39,872 nt of DNA from Catajapyx aquilonaris (Eukaryota), in assembly GCA_000934665.2 (NCBI GenBank), contig KZ538930.1, forward strand, positions 1 through 39,872. The letters run 5' to 3'. Numbering within the stretch: the stretch's first letter is position 1; every line of letters starts with the position of its first letter. Below, piece after piece: positions 1-12,619 of the stretch. Position numbers and translations under genes: made by a program. The notes under the pieces were generated by a model. It saw only the letters and a program-made list of their open reading frames with translations, did no database searches and had not been told where the DNA came from.

Positions 1-821
1 CTATATCAGCCATACTATTACATTACATTAGTTATACAGGGTGTTGCAAGTTCGTGGGTCACCTTTCTTATCGCCAAATTTGGTATACCGTCGTAATAAA
101 GGTACCCCCCGACGAAGAAACTGCGTGGGGCGTTCGAAGACACTTCCGTGGTCGCTCATAACTCTCCCGCCGAAAATGTACCCGGACCAAAAGTGATCAG
201 CACAGTGTCCAAGTGAAGATTTCCCCACTACAAAACCGACTGCAAGTCACTTGCGGGACCCCTCAACCTGCCTGCAACTTGTGGCTGCAAGTCTGCAATC
301 TGCAGGCCGACTTGCAACCTGCAAGGGTGTTCGTTTTCGCGCCCTCCCGCAAACCGCAGGTAACCAAGGTGACGTAAACACTTTTGCGGCTGCAATGGCG
401 TTCATTTTGCCCCCCTTGGTCTGTACAAGACTCTGTACTGTATACATCCTGTTGGTCAGATGACCATGCTTCCATAGGTGGTAGCTGGACCATCTGAACA
501 TCAGGATACAGACCATCATTCATGTGGGGATGGCGGATGCCACCGAACCTGAATTTCCGCCTGCCGTAATTACTTGACTCAGCTCCAAATTGGTGGTGAC
601 TGGTGACGTAGGCCGGGTAATGCTACGTATACCTCCCCAGTCAGCTCTTTCCTCTTTGTCCCCAGTATGAGAAGTTGTACGTACAGTACTGACCGACCAC
701 CTATACATTCGAGTGCATGAGTCCAATAGATTGACTGCTAAGGGCCCATTGCAGGCACATTTTCTGCAGGAAAGTCTCCTTTTTATTTTCTTTCTTGCTT
801 CCCTCCTTTCCCCTCCACCCA

Positions 822-856
822 CCATTCCACCCATTCCACCCATTCCACCCATTCCA
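822..856. repeat. 9-bp tandem repeat (CCATTCCAC) x ~4
   Basis: Directly visible; explains the GMGGMGG run in the 520..867 ORF. Confidence 0.85.
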
Positions 857-1426
857 TCAAACCCCAAATGACTGCAGAATTGGGGCTAGTGCGGATCAAT
901 GACTAGTCCAGGTGCTTCCTCTTCTGCCTCATTGGATCAAGTCACGCTTCTCCCCATCCTCCTTACCCGAATTTTGCTCTACTAGTCATTGTGCCACACG
1001 TCATGTTGCTATTCTAGTAAGTCTAGTTTTTAAAGAAATTTTACACCGTAGAGAATAGTAGTTGGCACCTGTTTTCCACGCAAAGTATCTGTATTAATAG
1101 TGTATTATTCATGATGTATAAACCCGTTCGAATTACAATGCATTAGTCGATTGACACCGGCACTGTTATGCACGGATTTACAATGGATGAGGGTGCAATA
1201 TAAATTTGTCACCGATTAATTTTTTAGCGTGCGAGAGGGGAAATGTGTGGCCAAATGCAAATGAATGACACGATGAATAAAGAACTGACTGAAATGCAGT
1301 ATAGGCACATATCCGCTGATACGAATGTGTGCAAATACACTAGGTTGTACTAGGTTGTTCAGATATTAACAAGACTGAATAATTTCTTTAGAACATTCCT
1401 TATTACACACTGACTTCTTTTACATG

Positions 1427-1932
1427 TTACCCTTCAAGACACTCCCCACTGGGTACTACACATTTTTTCAGCATTCTGGTAGCTGTTTTAGCCCCTTTTC
1501 AAAAATGTTTTTTGATTGTGGGAGTATCCACTCTGGAACAATTGCCATCACAGCATGGTTGTCTTCACACACCGCACTGCGGCTGTAACCAACGTAAGTC
1601 TTCCAAACAAGCAGAAATCACTTGAGGTCACGTCTGGGATAAAGAGTGAGTTTGGCAGGGGGTCCCACCTTACTTTTTGATTTTGTTATTATTTTTTGGG
1701 GGGGTGTGGGGTTTCGCTTTGTCTTGGAGGAAGCATATCCGATTTCCTCAAGTCTTACTCTTGGTTCGGACTTGTTTCTTCGCCTTTGTTAAGATGATAG
1801 CTGAATACTATTCTGCAGCGATTGTTCTGCCTTCTGGTAACAAATCAACACGAATAATTTCCTTCCAATCCCCCAAAAAAGTCGCCATAACTTCTCCAGC
1901 GGAGCGCGTCCTTCGCGACTTTTTGGGTCTTG
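1427..1932 (-). pseudogene. Decayed mariner transposase, catalytic/C-terminal half
   Basis: Minus strand translates in pieces to RPKKSRRTRSAGEVMATFLGDWKEIIRVDLLPEGRTIAAEYYSAII, then PDVTSSDFCLFGRL (cf. YSPDLAPSDF), then FEKGLKQLPEC* and KCVVPSGECLEG*. These match mariner motifs, with stops and frameshifts. Confidence 0.85.
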
Positions 1933-2204
1933 AGGTTCTCCACTCCCTCAGTTCCCTTTCTGAAGGCTTTACACCACCCAAACACATAGGTTCGAGAGAG
2001 ACACTGTTCGACCTTCTGTCTTTTAACTCTCTGCCAAATTTCTATTGGATTGACGTTTTCCTAACGAGAAATTTGATGACAATGCGTTGTTCCGCGCTCC
2101 AGGGCACTTTCTGCTCGGTTATCTCTCCTGGAAATTCCAGGCAAGATTGGGCAGGATCCCCCATAAGGGGATGGGTTTAGGCGAGACACCCTAATATATA
2201 TATG

Positions 2205-2766
2205 CAGGATGTTTATTGTAACTCTGCAAAGACTTTCAGGGGTAATAGAGGGGACCAAAACAAGTATTTTTGACATAGGAACCTGTGTCCGGAAACGCCA
2301 TCTAGAGGGGGTTCATAGACAAGGAACGGGTGCGCTCAGACGCTTCATGAGGGAGGCGCTCTGCGAGCGGACTGTTTTGTTGATAGATGGCGCTCGGATA
2401 GTAAACACCGATGCGATGTGCCATAACCTGGCAACAACAGAACCGATGTTGACTATCCGCGCGTCTCCTAGGAAGTGGACTTTAGTTGCTAGATGGCTCT
2501 GCTGTTGCCAGGTTATGGCACATCGCGTTGTTGTTTACTTACAACAACGCGATACGCCATAACCTGGCAACAACTGTGCACCATCTACCAACAAAACAGT
2601 CCGCTCTCCTAGCGCCTCTCGCCTGACGCGTCTGAGCGCACCCGTTCCTTGTCTATGAACCCCCTCTAGATGGCATTTCCGGACACGGGTTCCTATGTCA
2701 AAAATACTTGTATTGGTCCCCTCTATTACCCCTGAAAGTCTTTGCAGAGTTACAATAAACACCCTG
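2205..2766. mobile_element. Tc1/mariner-type MITE with ~190-bp terminal inverted repeats
   Basis: CAGGATGTTTATTGTAACTCTGC at 2205 mirrors GCAGAGTTACAATAAACACCCTG ending at 2766. It sits in a TA-rich site. Mirrored ORFs 2209+ and 2535- are a by-product. Confidence 0.92.
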
Positions 2767-3573
2767 TATATACGAATATATTATATACATACAACAAAAT
2801 TTTATATCGTGACACGGCAAAATAATAACCCCCAGGGATGCAACATTGTGTGTACAGCAGCACTGGAAGTGACTGCATCCAGGTTCCGGAAGATTCAAGT
2901 AGTGTACCAGACTGCATCATTGCCTTAATAACAGTATCGATCGTACATTAATTTGCATGCAATTCATTTTTGACTATTGATTAGAAAGGACCCGTTTACA
3001 ACGAAACAAACAGCCTCATTCACCACTATATGCCTCACTTCTCGATTAATTCATTACAAAACTTCCTTTCTCACCATTCTCCTCCCCCCACTTCCCAACC
3101 TCCCATTACAGATCCAATGAATGTTTGAAGAGATGTACTTTTAGGAGCAGAGGAGAGAGATGGGGAGGAGGGAGAGAGAGAGGATATCAGCCATGAGCAT
3201 TATTCAGACTTATTTTGGGACCGACTATTAATACTAGCTCAAATGATATGCATTCTTAATGAAATCCCTCATCATCAGTGAAAATTAGCATCGAGGCTTC
3301 TAGGCCTACTACTACGTTTTGAGAGGAGGGAAGAGCATGAAGGTCACCTTGCCCTACACCCAGCATAATAAACATAATGAGAAAAACCATTGGGTAAGGT
3401 GTCGCATACCCGCCTATCTAGCATGATTGGATGTCAGAATCAAGCAGCCGAGCTAATGAACGAATGTTACGAACTAAAATTGGTAATCTCTTGCTGGGTA
3501 ATCTGTAGGACATAGATTTTTCTTGGTCATAAGACAATTTGTGGACTAGAAAAGTGAAAGATATATTATTGTA

Positions 3574-3976
3574 CAGTACCCTGCATTAATGGCCATGCAC
3601 AGACATCGCCACCAGTCCAAGAAAGAGCGGAATTAGGGGTCGGTGGGCTGCGTCCAAAATACTTGGACAGCTCAAGATATCGCGGTTGATTCAAACGCCT
3701 GCTACAAAGATGGATCACAGCGGATCACAGATATATCTGTGAGATGAATTATAAGGCCATTGCGATTCCTATCAATGTATTGAGGTTGTGAACCAGTTAT
3801 TACACTTACCACGCGAATGCCTGTTAATCCACCGCGATATCTTGAGCCGTCTATATAGAGCGGTCTCGTGAGCAGTCTTGATATCAAAGTATTTTGGACA
3901 CAGCCCACCGACGCTTAGTTCCGCTCAATCCCGCCAGGTGGCGATGTCTGTGTATAGCCATTAATGCAGGGTACAG
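3574..3976. mobile_element. pogo/Tigger-like MITE
   Basis: TA-CAGTACCCTGCATTAATGGC ... GCCATTAATGCAGGGTACAG-TA, with imperfect inverted arms of ~90-110 bp. Confidence 0.88.
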
Positions 3977-4761
3977 TACATGCACTGCATGTCACGGATG
4001 CATAGCTGAGATATTTTGGCCAAAGTTCTGCGAAAGTGCAATTTTTCAAGTTTCATGTGGCCACAGAACACTCCAGGAACCTGCAATAATTGGAATTTCA
4101 ATACTTATGGCATTGGTTGATCATACCCAATTATTTGAGCGATATATTCTTCCCTAGAATTTATATTTAATTAACATGGTGAGCTATCACATTGTAATAT
4201 CGTATTCAGAAGAGCAAGCAAGGGCATTCGCTGAAAGGTTTATATCAATTCAGATCTGGACTAGGTGTCTGGATTCACTTGGCAGAAAATGTAAGTTTAC
4301 CTAGGACGTCAGATCCTTAGTAATTTATTTATCCTTTATTATCTTCATTATTATAATATATTCTTTAATAACCTTTGTATTTGTATTTAGGTGTCATTTT
4401 GAATACGGTATACGCAAATGCATATCAGCCACACTGGATTCCTAATCAGCATTGTCATTTATTGACTGGTCTTTTTCATTTCAGCCGTATCCTGACTGCC
4501 AAAAGCGTCATAGCCAAACAGGGTGCGGTCATTCTTGCACTTAACAAGTCCCCTCCACCTACTTGGCAGAATCTAGGCCAGGGGCCGTAGTATGTTGCTA
4601 CATGGAGGTGAGAATAATTATTCTTACGTGTGTGCGGCGCGGAGAGTTAGATCCCACCCGATTAGTCCTCGCGGCGGGAATTTCCTGCACTGGACAGGGT
4701 CTTCTCCAAACAGTACTATCATGGTATCTGAAGCTTGTTGCGACGCGACGCGAAGGTGTCT

Positions 4762-4991
4762 ACCTTGACGTGGTGGTGGGGATTGCGTTTCTCTCGCGAC
4801 CCCAAGAGCTATGCCGGCGGTAGCTTCGTCTATACGGGCAGGGCCACCCAAGTTGGACACTATGGACAGGTCTTTGGGATAGAGAGATATGTACCAGTCT
4901 TTCCTCTTCGTTTCTGTCTCCATCTGTCCCACCTTTGGTCTTCTATAGCCAGATAGCCCCAGTTGCTTTGGCTTCATCTTCATAATAAACC
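4762..4991 (+). mobile_element. Short retroposon with RTE/BovB-like 5'UTR segment (copy 1)
   Basis: CGTGGTGGTGGGGATTGCG...GAGCTATGCCGGCGG...GGGCCACCCAAG...GGACAGGTC resembles the conserved RTE/BovB 5' motif. It ends AATAAACC and has a second copy at 26528. Confidence 0.7.
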
Positions 4992-5008
4992 TGAAGCTGG
5001 TTTGCTGG

Positions 5009-5140
5009 TTCGTTTTGGTCGCAGAATAGGGCAATAAATTAATGGCATTTGACTTTTCCCGACCGCTATCCAATCGGGGTTCGGCAGGAATTGTCCGGCG
5101 AGCGATGCCAGAATTTGCCTTCTGCTGCGACCAAAACGAA
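5009..5140. repeat. Short inverted repeat (probable MITE relic)
   Basis: TTCGTTTTGGTCGCAG (5009) is the exact reverse complement of CTGCGACCAAAACGAA (ends 5140), with imperfect extension on both sides. Confidence 0.65.
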
Positions 5141-5589
5141 ATACCCTAGCATAGTTCCAGCGCATGATCGTCTCCATACTACGAGAGTATGGGGAAGGCC
5201 CTGTCGCTTCTGCGTCCCTTCCTTCAGAGGACAAATTGACAAGGATCAAACTCACTGGCGATGAAGCATTAAGGCTCAGGATGTCCTAATAAAAATTACT
5301 AGGCAAATTAGGAGATTCGTGTCAGTTTTAGCTGTAAAATACCATGCCAAATGTAGAGATTGATTTCATATCAGTATTGAATCATCCTGAAAAGTAGACC
5401 TAATTAAGCTGCTCCAAACGTAGCACCGATGATGCATGAAGATTTTCTCCACGTTTCCCACGCTTTGGCCACATTCCTCCAAAAAAGTGCTCACCATAGG
5501 CTACCTCCCTCCCATGCCACAACTAAAATGGCCCTACACTGAACCAGGCATTTCCGGTACGATCATTATCAAGAAATGGACTAGGACGA

Positions 5590-5639
5590 GGGGGGGGGGG
5601 GNNNNNNNNNNNNNNNNGGGGGGGGGGGGGGGGGGGGGG
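5590..5639. other. Poly-G run containing an assembly gap
   Basis: N run flanked by G homopolymers. Confidence 0.9.
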
Positions 5640-7076
5640 AAGCAGAATCAGATGAGAAGGGTCCGAAGGCTAGGACGGATGCACAAGAGCTGTTTCCGCC
5701 TGGGTGAGTGCACAGTTTCGGCCATGGTTGACTGAGTTGGGATCTGCCCAAGCCCCACCCTTTCCTCCCCACCCACGTCACTTGATCCTCAGCTTCTGAT
5801 TATCCTCTCCCTAACCTCAGAGGCTATAGACTACTGGAACCAACAAGGGAATCCACAATATTCTGCCTATCAGCTGGTACCACCGTCCGACATAGGCGTC
5901 GTCATACTCCGCTGAAAAGTTCAAAGCCTTTCCCAGAGACAAAATCTACAGTAGTTGCTATGAGTCATCCATATATCACTGCAAATCATGTGCTGACTAT
6001 GTGCTATGTCGTAGATAGCACAATGTGCTCTAGTTAGCACGGCAGTTAGCACGGGGAAATTTGAATCTTAAGTCAGCACCGACTCAGCACATGCGCAAGA
6101 CTGTGCTGACTTGATAAATAGTCAGCACACGGTGTGCTAAAACAAATGCTTAGGCAGCACAACAGTCGGCACATGAAAGTCACATGATAAATCCAGACAG
6201 CACAATCCCATCTGCGCAGCATGATTCATGCGCTGATCCGCTCTTGTGCTTTGTCCGGAGACGGGATATGTGTCAGACAAATCTAGAGATGGGGCAAACC
6301 TCCGCTCGCCTCCGCTACTGCCTACCATTCTATTCATTCAATCTTGCTGAAGAATGTGACTATCTTAAATAATGTGGTACTACCCAGTATAATGTGGAAT
6401 CATGCGTACTGCACTCGCATTTTTTATTTTATTAAAATTATCATTCGTGAATAGTATGCAACTCAAAAAAATAGCCATCATCTACCATCATTGTCAAAAA
6501 ATTAAAATCGAATTTACACAAGGTTCCTACTCCTAGCACCTCATTGGCCATTTCATGGGCCAAAAATGGCTATAATTATCACATTTCAAGCCCAGGACTA
6601 GACTCTCATATAGCAGATATTTTAAAACTGAGTTTTACCCCATCACCTAACATTTGAAAGGGGGAAGCCAGGCAAGGGAACCCCAAAATATTGTATGTAA
6701 TACATTGGCATATACCAGGCGATTTCCTGGCAAAAGAGAGATTTGACTGCCGGGTAAAGCGAGTCATGTTGCACCGTCCTCAAGTTTCCGCCAAATATTT
6801 CTAGCTCCATGTATCACATCGCACGGACATCGCATAATAATGATGCCATTGGCCACGAGTTTTGCCCGAGATATTGCGAATTTTATTATTGTTCCGAGGA
6901 GGCGGTAAAGTGTGTTACATTCTTTTTATAACCAGCTGCTTTTCTATTATCAATACTTATCTCTGAAGGACAAGAAGGGTCAGTTCCGTCTTCCAGATTC
7001 AGTCTAGTCTCTATCTCGTCATGTTTCTATGTCTACTGTATAAGAGAATGTTAGACACTCTGTTTCTTCTTCTTCT

Positions 7077-7077
<1 letters not shown>

Positions 7078-7142
<65 letters not shown>

Positions 7143-7412
7143 TAATAATAATAATAATGGATACCCCGTGATAGGCCCCTTGGGCCTCTTAGGGGATCAT
7201 CTTTTGAAAACCCGACTTTATTCATTTGCCTGAAATGTGATGGATTTTGATAGTGGGAGGAAACGGGAGAACCCCGAGAAAACCCACGCGAACACGGAGA
7301 GAACCCATCGAAACTTTATCCACATAAGTATCCTCCGTCCGACCCGGGGATCGAACTCGGGACCTTAGAGGTGGAAGGCTGCGGCGCTAACCACTCGGCT
7401 ACCGTGTCGCCC
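7078..7412 (-). mobile_element. tRNA-derived SINE family A (V-domain-like core) with (TAT)n tail
   Basis: Minus strand: A box GGTAGCCGAGTGG, B box GTTCGATCC, core GTGTTCGCGTGGGTTTTCTCGGGGTTCTCCCGTTTCCTCCCAC. Flanked by a TCTTCTTCTTCTT direct repeat. Confidence 0.92.
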
Positions 7413-7427
7413 CTCTTCTTCTTCTTC

Positions 7428-7446
7428 ATTATTATTATTATTATTA

Positions 7447-7482
<36 letters not shown>
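7428..7482. repeat. (ATT)n microsatellite
   Basis: Directly visible. Confidence 0.95.
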
Positions 7483-7484
<2 letters not shown>

Positions 7485-8083
7485 GCTACATTGCATTACC
7501 ACGTTATTCCCGAGCACTTCAATAACAATCTTGAACCTTTGCATGTGCATTTCGAGTTTGGTCCGATTTTCATCGTGCATGTTGCAGAACGTCAACAATA
7601 TTCTTATTTATAGGCTTATGTTTCGTGGCACACCTGATGTGCTACACAATAATTAAAATTTAGGTGTACAACGACATACCTTCCGTGATAATCATCATCT
7701 CAGAATAAAATAAACTAAATTCCGATCAAAATTCCCAAATGTCTATGGCAATGGCATCGCCGCCGCAGAGTCAACGAATCCCGTTGCATAACTTGCAAAC
7801 ATCATATGAGATCAAATCTCGTAAGAAATAACAAACGGGAAGGAAAAAGGAGTAGAAACGTGTGAGTATTGATTTAGAGTTCGGACACAAGCGGCAAGGG
7901 TAAAACGGAAATGGTAGATTGGATGGAACGGGAGGAGGATAGGAAGCACTAATGAAACCCCCGAGACTGCCTTAGCCTATACCAACCACATCATCTTCAC
8001 GGTGCAACCAAGCCATGTATTACGCCTGGCTCACGAATTTCAAAGGAAGAACTATAGGCATGGATATCTTTATCATAACAACA

Positions 8084-8163
<80 letters not shown>
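8084..8163. repeat. (ATA)n microsatellite
   Basis: Directly visible. Confidence 0.95.
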
Positions 8164-8165
<2 letters not shown>

Positions 8166-8237
8166 CCTTTTATTCGCAATAAGCAGCAAGAATCACTTCA
8201 CAACTGTCCCACTCTAAAAAATTATGAAAGTTCCATT

Positions 8238-8595
8238 CAGAGGAGCCCGAGTGGAACTGCGGTAACGTATGCAACCACCGATGTAAGGGTCCCGGGTTCG
8301 ATCCCAAGCCCGGGTCCCCCCCCCCCNNNNNNNNNNNNCCCCCCCATCTCGTGCAGAGTTAGGTCGTCTCTGGCTTCGTCTCGGGTCGAATCTTTGATAG
8401 ACTAATCCATCCGGGGAGTTCACAAAATGCACTGTTACAGACACTGCACATCCCCTCCCTGCCCGTGGACCAGGGCGCTTCGCTATAAGGTTCCAAAAAT
8501 GTACACCATGTACACCAGGTTTAATGAAATAAAGGTCGGTGCAATACCTCCTCTGAGGGAGGTTCGCACTACTCAAATTATTATTATAATAGAGT
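8238..8595 (+). mobile_element. tRNA-derived SINE family C
   Basis: A-box-like GTGGAACTGCGG, B box GGTTCGATCCC, ATT-type tail, 11-bp TSD AAAGTTCCATT (8227-8237 and 8596-8606). An inverted homologous copy lies at 37415-37745. Confidence 0.85.
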
Positions 8596-8891
8596 AAAGT
8601 TCCATTTGGGTTGTAGCATTCTGATTGAAATGTCTACATATTTGCTGATGATAGTGAGTTCACACACACGGTCCCTGCCTCCCTGGTGCCTAAGAGGGTA
8701 TACGACGCGTCTCAAGAGAGATCACTGCAACGTACTATAACAGTTATTTTCTAAAGCGTTCGTGTGAGTATTATGCAAAGACTGTATATCATCCGCATGA
8801 TCCACCAATGAAACCCTTTCGGACACTCCGCCACGACATTACCCTCACTTGTGCAGACCTAGTTTGGACTACAACGAATACAACTCTTATA

Positions 8892-9140
8892 CAGTGTTCC
8901 AATTATCCTGGTCCTTTCAGTTATCGCAAAATTCTCCCCAAGTTGTTACTTTTGTGTAGCTTTCTTTCCTCCCCGATGGAGGTGCCCAATTATTATTCCC
9001 AGGTGTGGTTGAATAAAGCAGCTGCTATATAATTGTGCATCTCGATCGGGGCGCGCACAAAGCTACACCAAAGTAACAACTTGGAGCGAATTTTGCGGTA
9101 GGTAACTGAATAAAAGGACCCGGATAATTGGAACAAACTG
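8892..9140. mobile_element. TA-flanked MITE (Tc1/pogo-like)
   Basis: TA-CAGTGTTCCAATTATCC ... GGATAATTGGAACAAACTG-TA, with ~70-bp imperfect arms. Confidence 0.85.
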
Positions 9141-9545
9141 TATAGTTAACTTATAGGTATGGCCAAGTATGGCGCGTGCAGTCAACAGATTGGGAAACAG
9201 TCCCTATATGATTTTGACTTTCATTATGAAAAATTGTTTCTAATTAAGTGCTTCTTTTTCGCATTCTACTTTTGATTGCCACTATGATGTTCCAATTCCT
9301 AGTTAAATACGAGTATTTCTCCAGAAACGTACATAAGAGTACAACATGATCTCTCATAGCATCTGTTTCTGTGGATGGTCGTAATGAGTTGTGCGATTCC
9401 TTCCTGAAAATCAGAAAGCGACAAAATGATACCAAATTTGAATTTTCGGGGTTTGAGTTGCAAAACAACGGAAATAATTATTCTCCCATTGGGGAGTAAG
9501 TACCGTTGTGAAAGAGAAACGTCACTTTGCACCATTCACATACAT

Positions 9546-10320
9546 AAGAGGGGCCGCTCAAAGATCAATGCCTCCTATTGATCAAGGAGTGAGATGACCA
9601 CACCAGTAACGCAACGACTTGTTCTTTTCCTTTTTGCTCCGGTTGGGCTTGGACCGCGTGGACAATCTGGGCAGGACTAACTACTAGTCTATCGGCATGC
9701 ACTGTGTATAGTAGAATGTAGTAAAAGAATGCTGCACCTGGCTGTGAATATTACAATCTGTGTAGAAAGAAACCTATGCAGGCTAGGCATTATACAGACT
9801 CTCCTCTCAGTCACTCATCAAAAGCAAATGTCCCAACAATGCAATGTTGTCACCGAGGAAGGAATCAATGCATTGCCTTAAAATGTGCACACCACTAGCA
9901 GGAAACCATTGGTTTCTACTGTTTCAAATTGGATCCTCATGCAAGATTCATCCTGCATTTCAGAAAGGACACAGCGCGGTGTTTTCCTTACGGTTCCCAA
10001 CTGATTCCTAATGTATCCAAGTGGTTCCTGGACCGCTTGATTCCGCTTGTTGGTTAGGCCTACCTATCGATTCCATGTGCTGGTTCCTGATGGGAATACC
10101 TGCACACCAGTTCCTAAAAGTGATTTCCCCTCCTTTCCCCTCGACACGAAGCACACGAAGCAATGTAAGGAAAAATAATACATTCGTGCCATTTAGAGTA
10201 TTGCACGACATCTGTTCACGTGCCATTCATTCGAGAAAAGCTCGGAGAAAAGCATGGAAAAAAGTCCCGATATAACTCGGAGAAAACATGGTTTGGTCAG
10301 TGATGGACGGCAGTTTCATA
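9546..10320 (-). mobile_element. Highly decayed mariner-like relic
   Basis: Mariner-TIR-like GAGGGGCCGCTCAAAGATCAATGCCTCCTA near 9548. Weak N-terminal-like LRVEGKGGEI and PRCVL (cf. ARWVP) on the minus strand. Confidence 0.3.
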
Positions 10321-11132
10321 GAAGAGATTGAAAATTGAGGGGAAAGACCACAAAAGGTCTCTATATGAATAAATAGGGCAGTTCGAAATGTCGCAGTTTC
10401 AGCGATCTACACAACTTCACATGATTTGATTCATTTTCTGCAGCGCATGGAAGAGTTAACCAGGGATCCACATTCTGTGGTCCTAAGGTAGGCGGGCCAT
10501 CATTTACCCTATTTGGCTAGAATTACTCAGTGTTGCGCGCCTAATGGGTTTATTTTCTTACTAAGTCTGTGATTAGCCTAGTTTAAAAGTGGGTATATTT
10601 ATCTGGCACACTTTGATTGGTGTCGATTCGACCTCTCTTTTAAGTTATTGGAATAGCTCAGCATTCATTAAATTTCATAAACCCTGATCTGTTGGGGTCA
10701 CTCTTGGTAATGAAGTGCAGCGTGATGCGAAATAGGCTCCCGTCCAAGCTCCCGTCTCTAGGTGCTTCCCAATCAGGCATTGATAGATTGCATGCATGGA
10801 GCATATCCTACATCTCGAGAGTCTGGCATCACTAAAACTGAAGTAAACCGATGGCTCGCCCCCTCAACATTTTTAATGGAAGGGCCCGGGTCCAGGGATG
10901 GACTAATGAGGGATCGATTGATGATTTATTGGGTTCGTGAGCGATTGGGCGGTGAATTACAAGGTTAACGAGCGATTCCGTGGTAAATGGTGACGTAAAT
11001 GAACGAATGGTGGGTGAGTGGGACTGGTGGATAATGAATAATAACGATGTAAATAAGCTATTGGCTAACGAACCAGTGAAAAAGCCGTAAATGACACACG
11101 CACGCACGCACGCACGCACACAGGCGCGCATT

Positions 11133-11364
11133 CCTATCCTTGTGAGGTTTTTCCAAAATTTAAAATTTAAAACTAACCTAACCTACAAGGAAACACACGA
11201 AATTTTGGTGAAATATATTTTTACTGTCTTTATGAGGTATTTGTCGATTTTCCCCTATCCTTGTGAGGCGTGTGTTCACTATGGGGTACAGGAAAACTAC
11301 CTCGTAATGACAAAATTCCTCACAAGGATAGGAAAAACGCGAAAAAAATTCATCACAAGGATAG
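11133..11364. mobile_element. Small non-autonomous element with CCTATCCTTGTGAGG inverted/direct repeats and an AACCT tract, beside (CACG)n
   Basis: Two forward and two reverse copies of the 15-bp motif, plus internal ACTAACCTAACCT. Confidence 0.6.
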
Positions 11365-11670
11365 AAATGCGCGTCCATACCGGCACACACAAGCACGCGT
11401 TTAACTTTCCCCTTCATAGGCTCATGTAGCGACTTCGACTTTTGCGAGTTACGGAATGTACAATGTGTATTTAAAAAATATATATATAAAGTTTTGGCCA
11501 AAAGTATTCTAGCGATATGCAACCATCAGCACGCTTTCAAGGTGAATTCTTTCTTTCTATCTATCTACTTTTTGGTGTGTGTGTGTGGGGGGGGGGATGT
11601 CAAGTTCTGAAGTCCTGGTAATACGACGAGACGTCAAGATATGTTTGGTACTCGAACTCCTACACCATTG

Positions 11671-12402
11671 CCTGACCCCGGCAACCAGCGATGCAGGGAT
11701 GCATACTTGTCAGGATGGATATCGTCAACGTCGTCGCCGGCCTTTCGGGCCCATACCATGCTTCTTCCATGCTGACCCTCTACCACCTGTATCATTTTGG
11801 CAGACGAATTCGTATAATACCCACCAATACAGTGGGTAACCTAACCATAATGCGACTAAGATATTACAACAAACGCAATCTGATATCTGAAAGCCATATG
11901 GACAATATTAAGGGAACTGATGAAATCTTTTCCCCCTCTGCTGTTGAATTACTGCAGGAGCAGGACATAACAGAAAATGTGGTTTGATGAGTGGCAGCTG
12001 AAATTGGAAGCCTACTTGAGCAGTCTGGAAGCGTTCTGGAGGAGACTCAGGTGTAGGGTGCGAGAGGAGGGTAGCTGTGGAACAAGAGGGTGTGGACCGC
12101 AATCAGAAATTGAACCATCCTGCAGATCTCCCCCTCCCCGAATCTCAACCGGTAAAGATGACACCGACTAGCGTTTGGGTGCTCCTCGAGACTCGGCGCC
12201 ACCCACATTGCATCACTCTTGTCCTACTTTGTGTGCAAGTACTATACAGAGTGTTGACGAATTCATCTGCCAAAATGATACGGGTGGTAGGGGTGCACGT
12301 GGATGAAGCATGGCATGAGTCCGAAAGGCCGGCGACGATGTGTATCCTGACAAGTGAAGGGATACCCCCGTACGTGCCTGCATTGCTGGTTGCCGGGCCA
12401 GG
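11671..12402. mobile_element. Unclassified element with ~145-bp diverged inverted arms
   Basis: 11671-11813 is the gapped reverse complement of 12257-12402 (e.g. GTATCATTTTGGCAGA / TCTGCCAAAATGATAC). Confidence 0.75.
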
Positions 12403-12619
12403 CGCTCGTCACAGTGCATTTATGCGAAGAAACCAAAATGGGAAACAAAATGCCAAGAAACTCTCTTTGAAGCACATTCTGCAAAGGTACCAAATTTGAA
12501 ATGCGATCCCTCTCAGGGGGCCCTCATTTAATACTTATATAACTTACAATTTCGGACAAAAAAGGTTTTACGCTTATTAATTACCGAAGGTGAAGGACTG
12601 AACTACCAATTGAAGAGAT

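Noticed and set aside
4650..4680. HDV-ribozyme-like TCCTCGCGG
   Set aside because: The flanking bases do not form P3; it folds only as a simple hairpin.
5590..5639. Long G-tracts as G-quadruplex elements
   Set aside because: All N gaps (about 5602, 8327, 26526, 30590, 35990) lie in G/C runs, so their lengths are unreliable assembly artefacts.
7340..7412. tRNA genes at the SINE heads
   Set aside because: The A/B boxes continue into SINE bodies with tails and TSDs; no complete cloverleaf is evident.
12300..12340. Hammerhead-like ATGAGTCCGAAAGGCC
   Set aside because: Lacks the CUGA core and the GAAA after stem II; the opposite arm does not preserve it.
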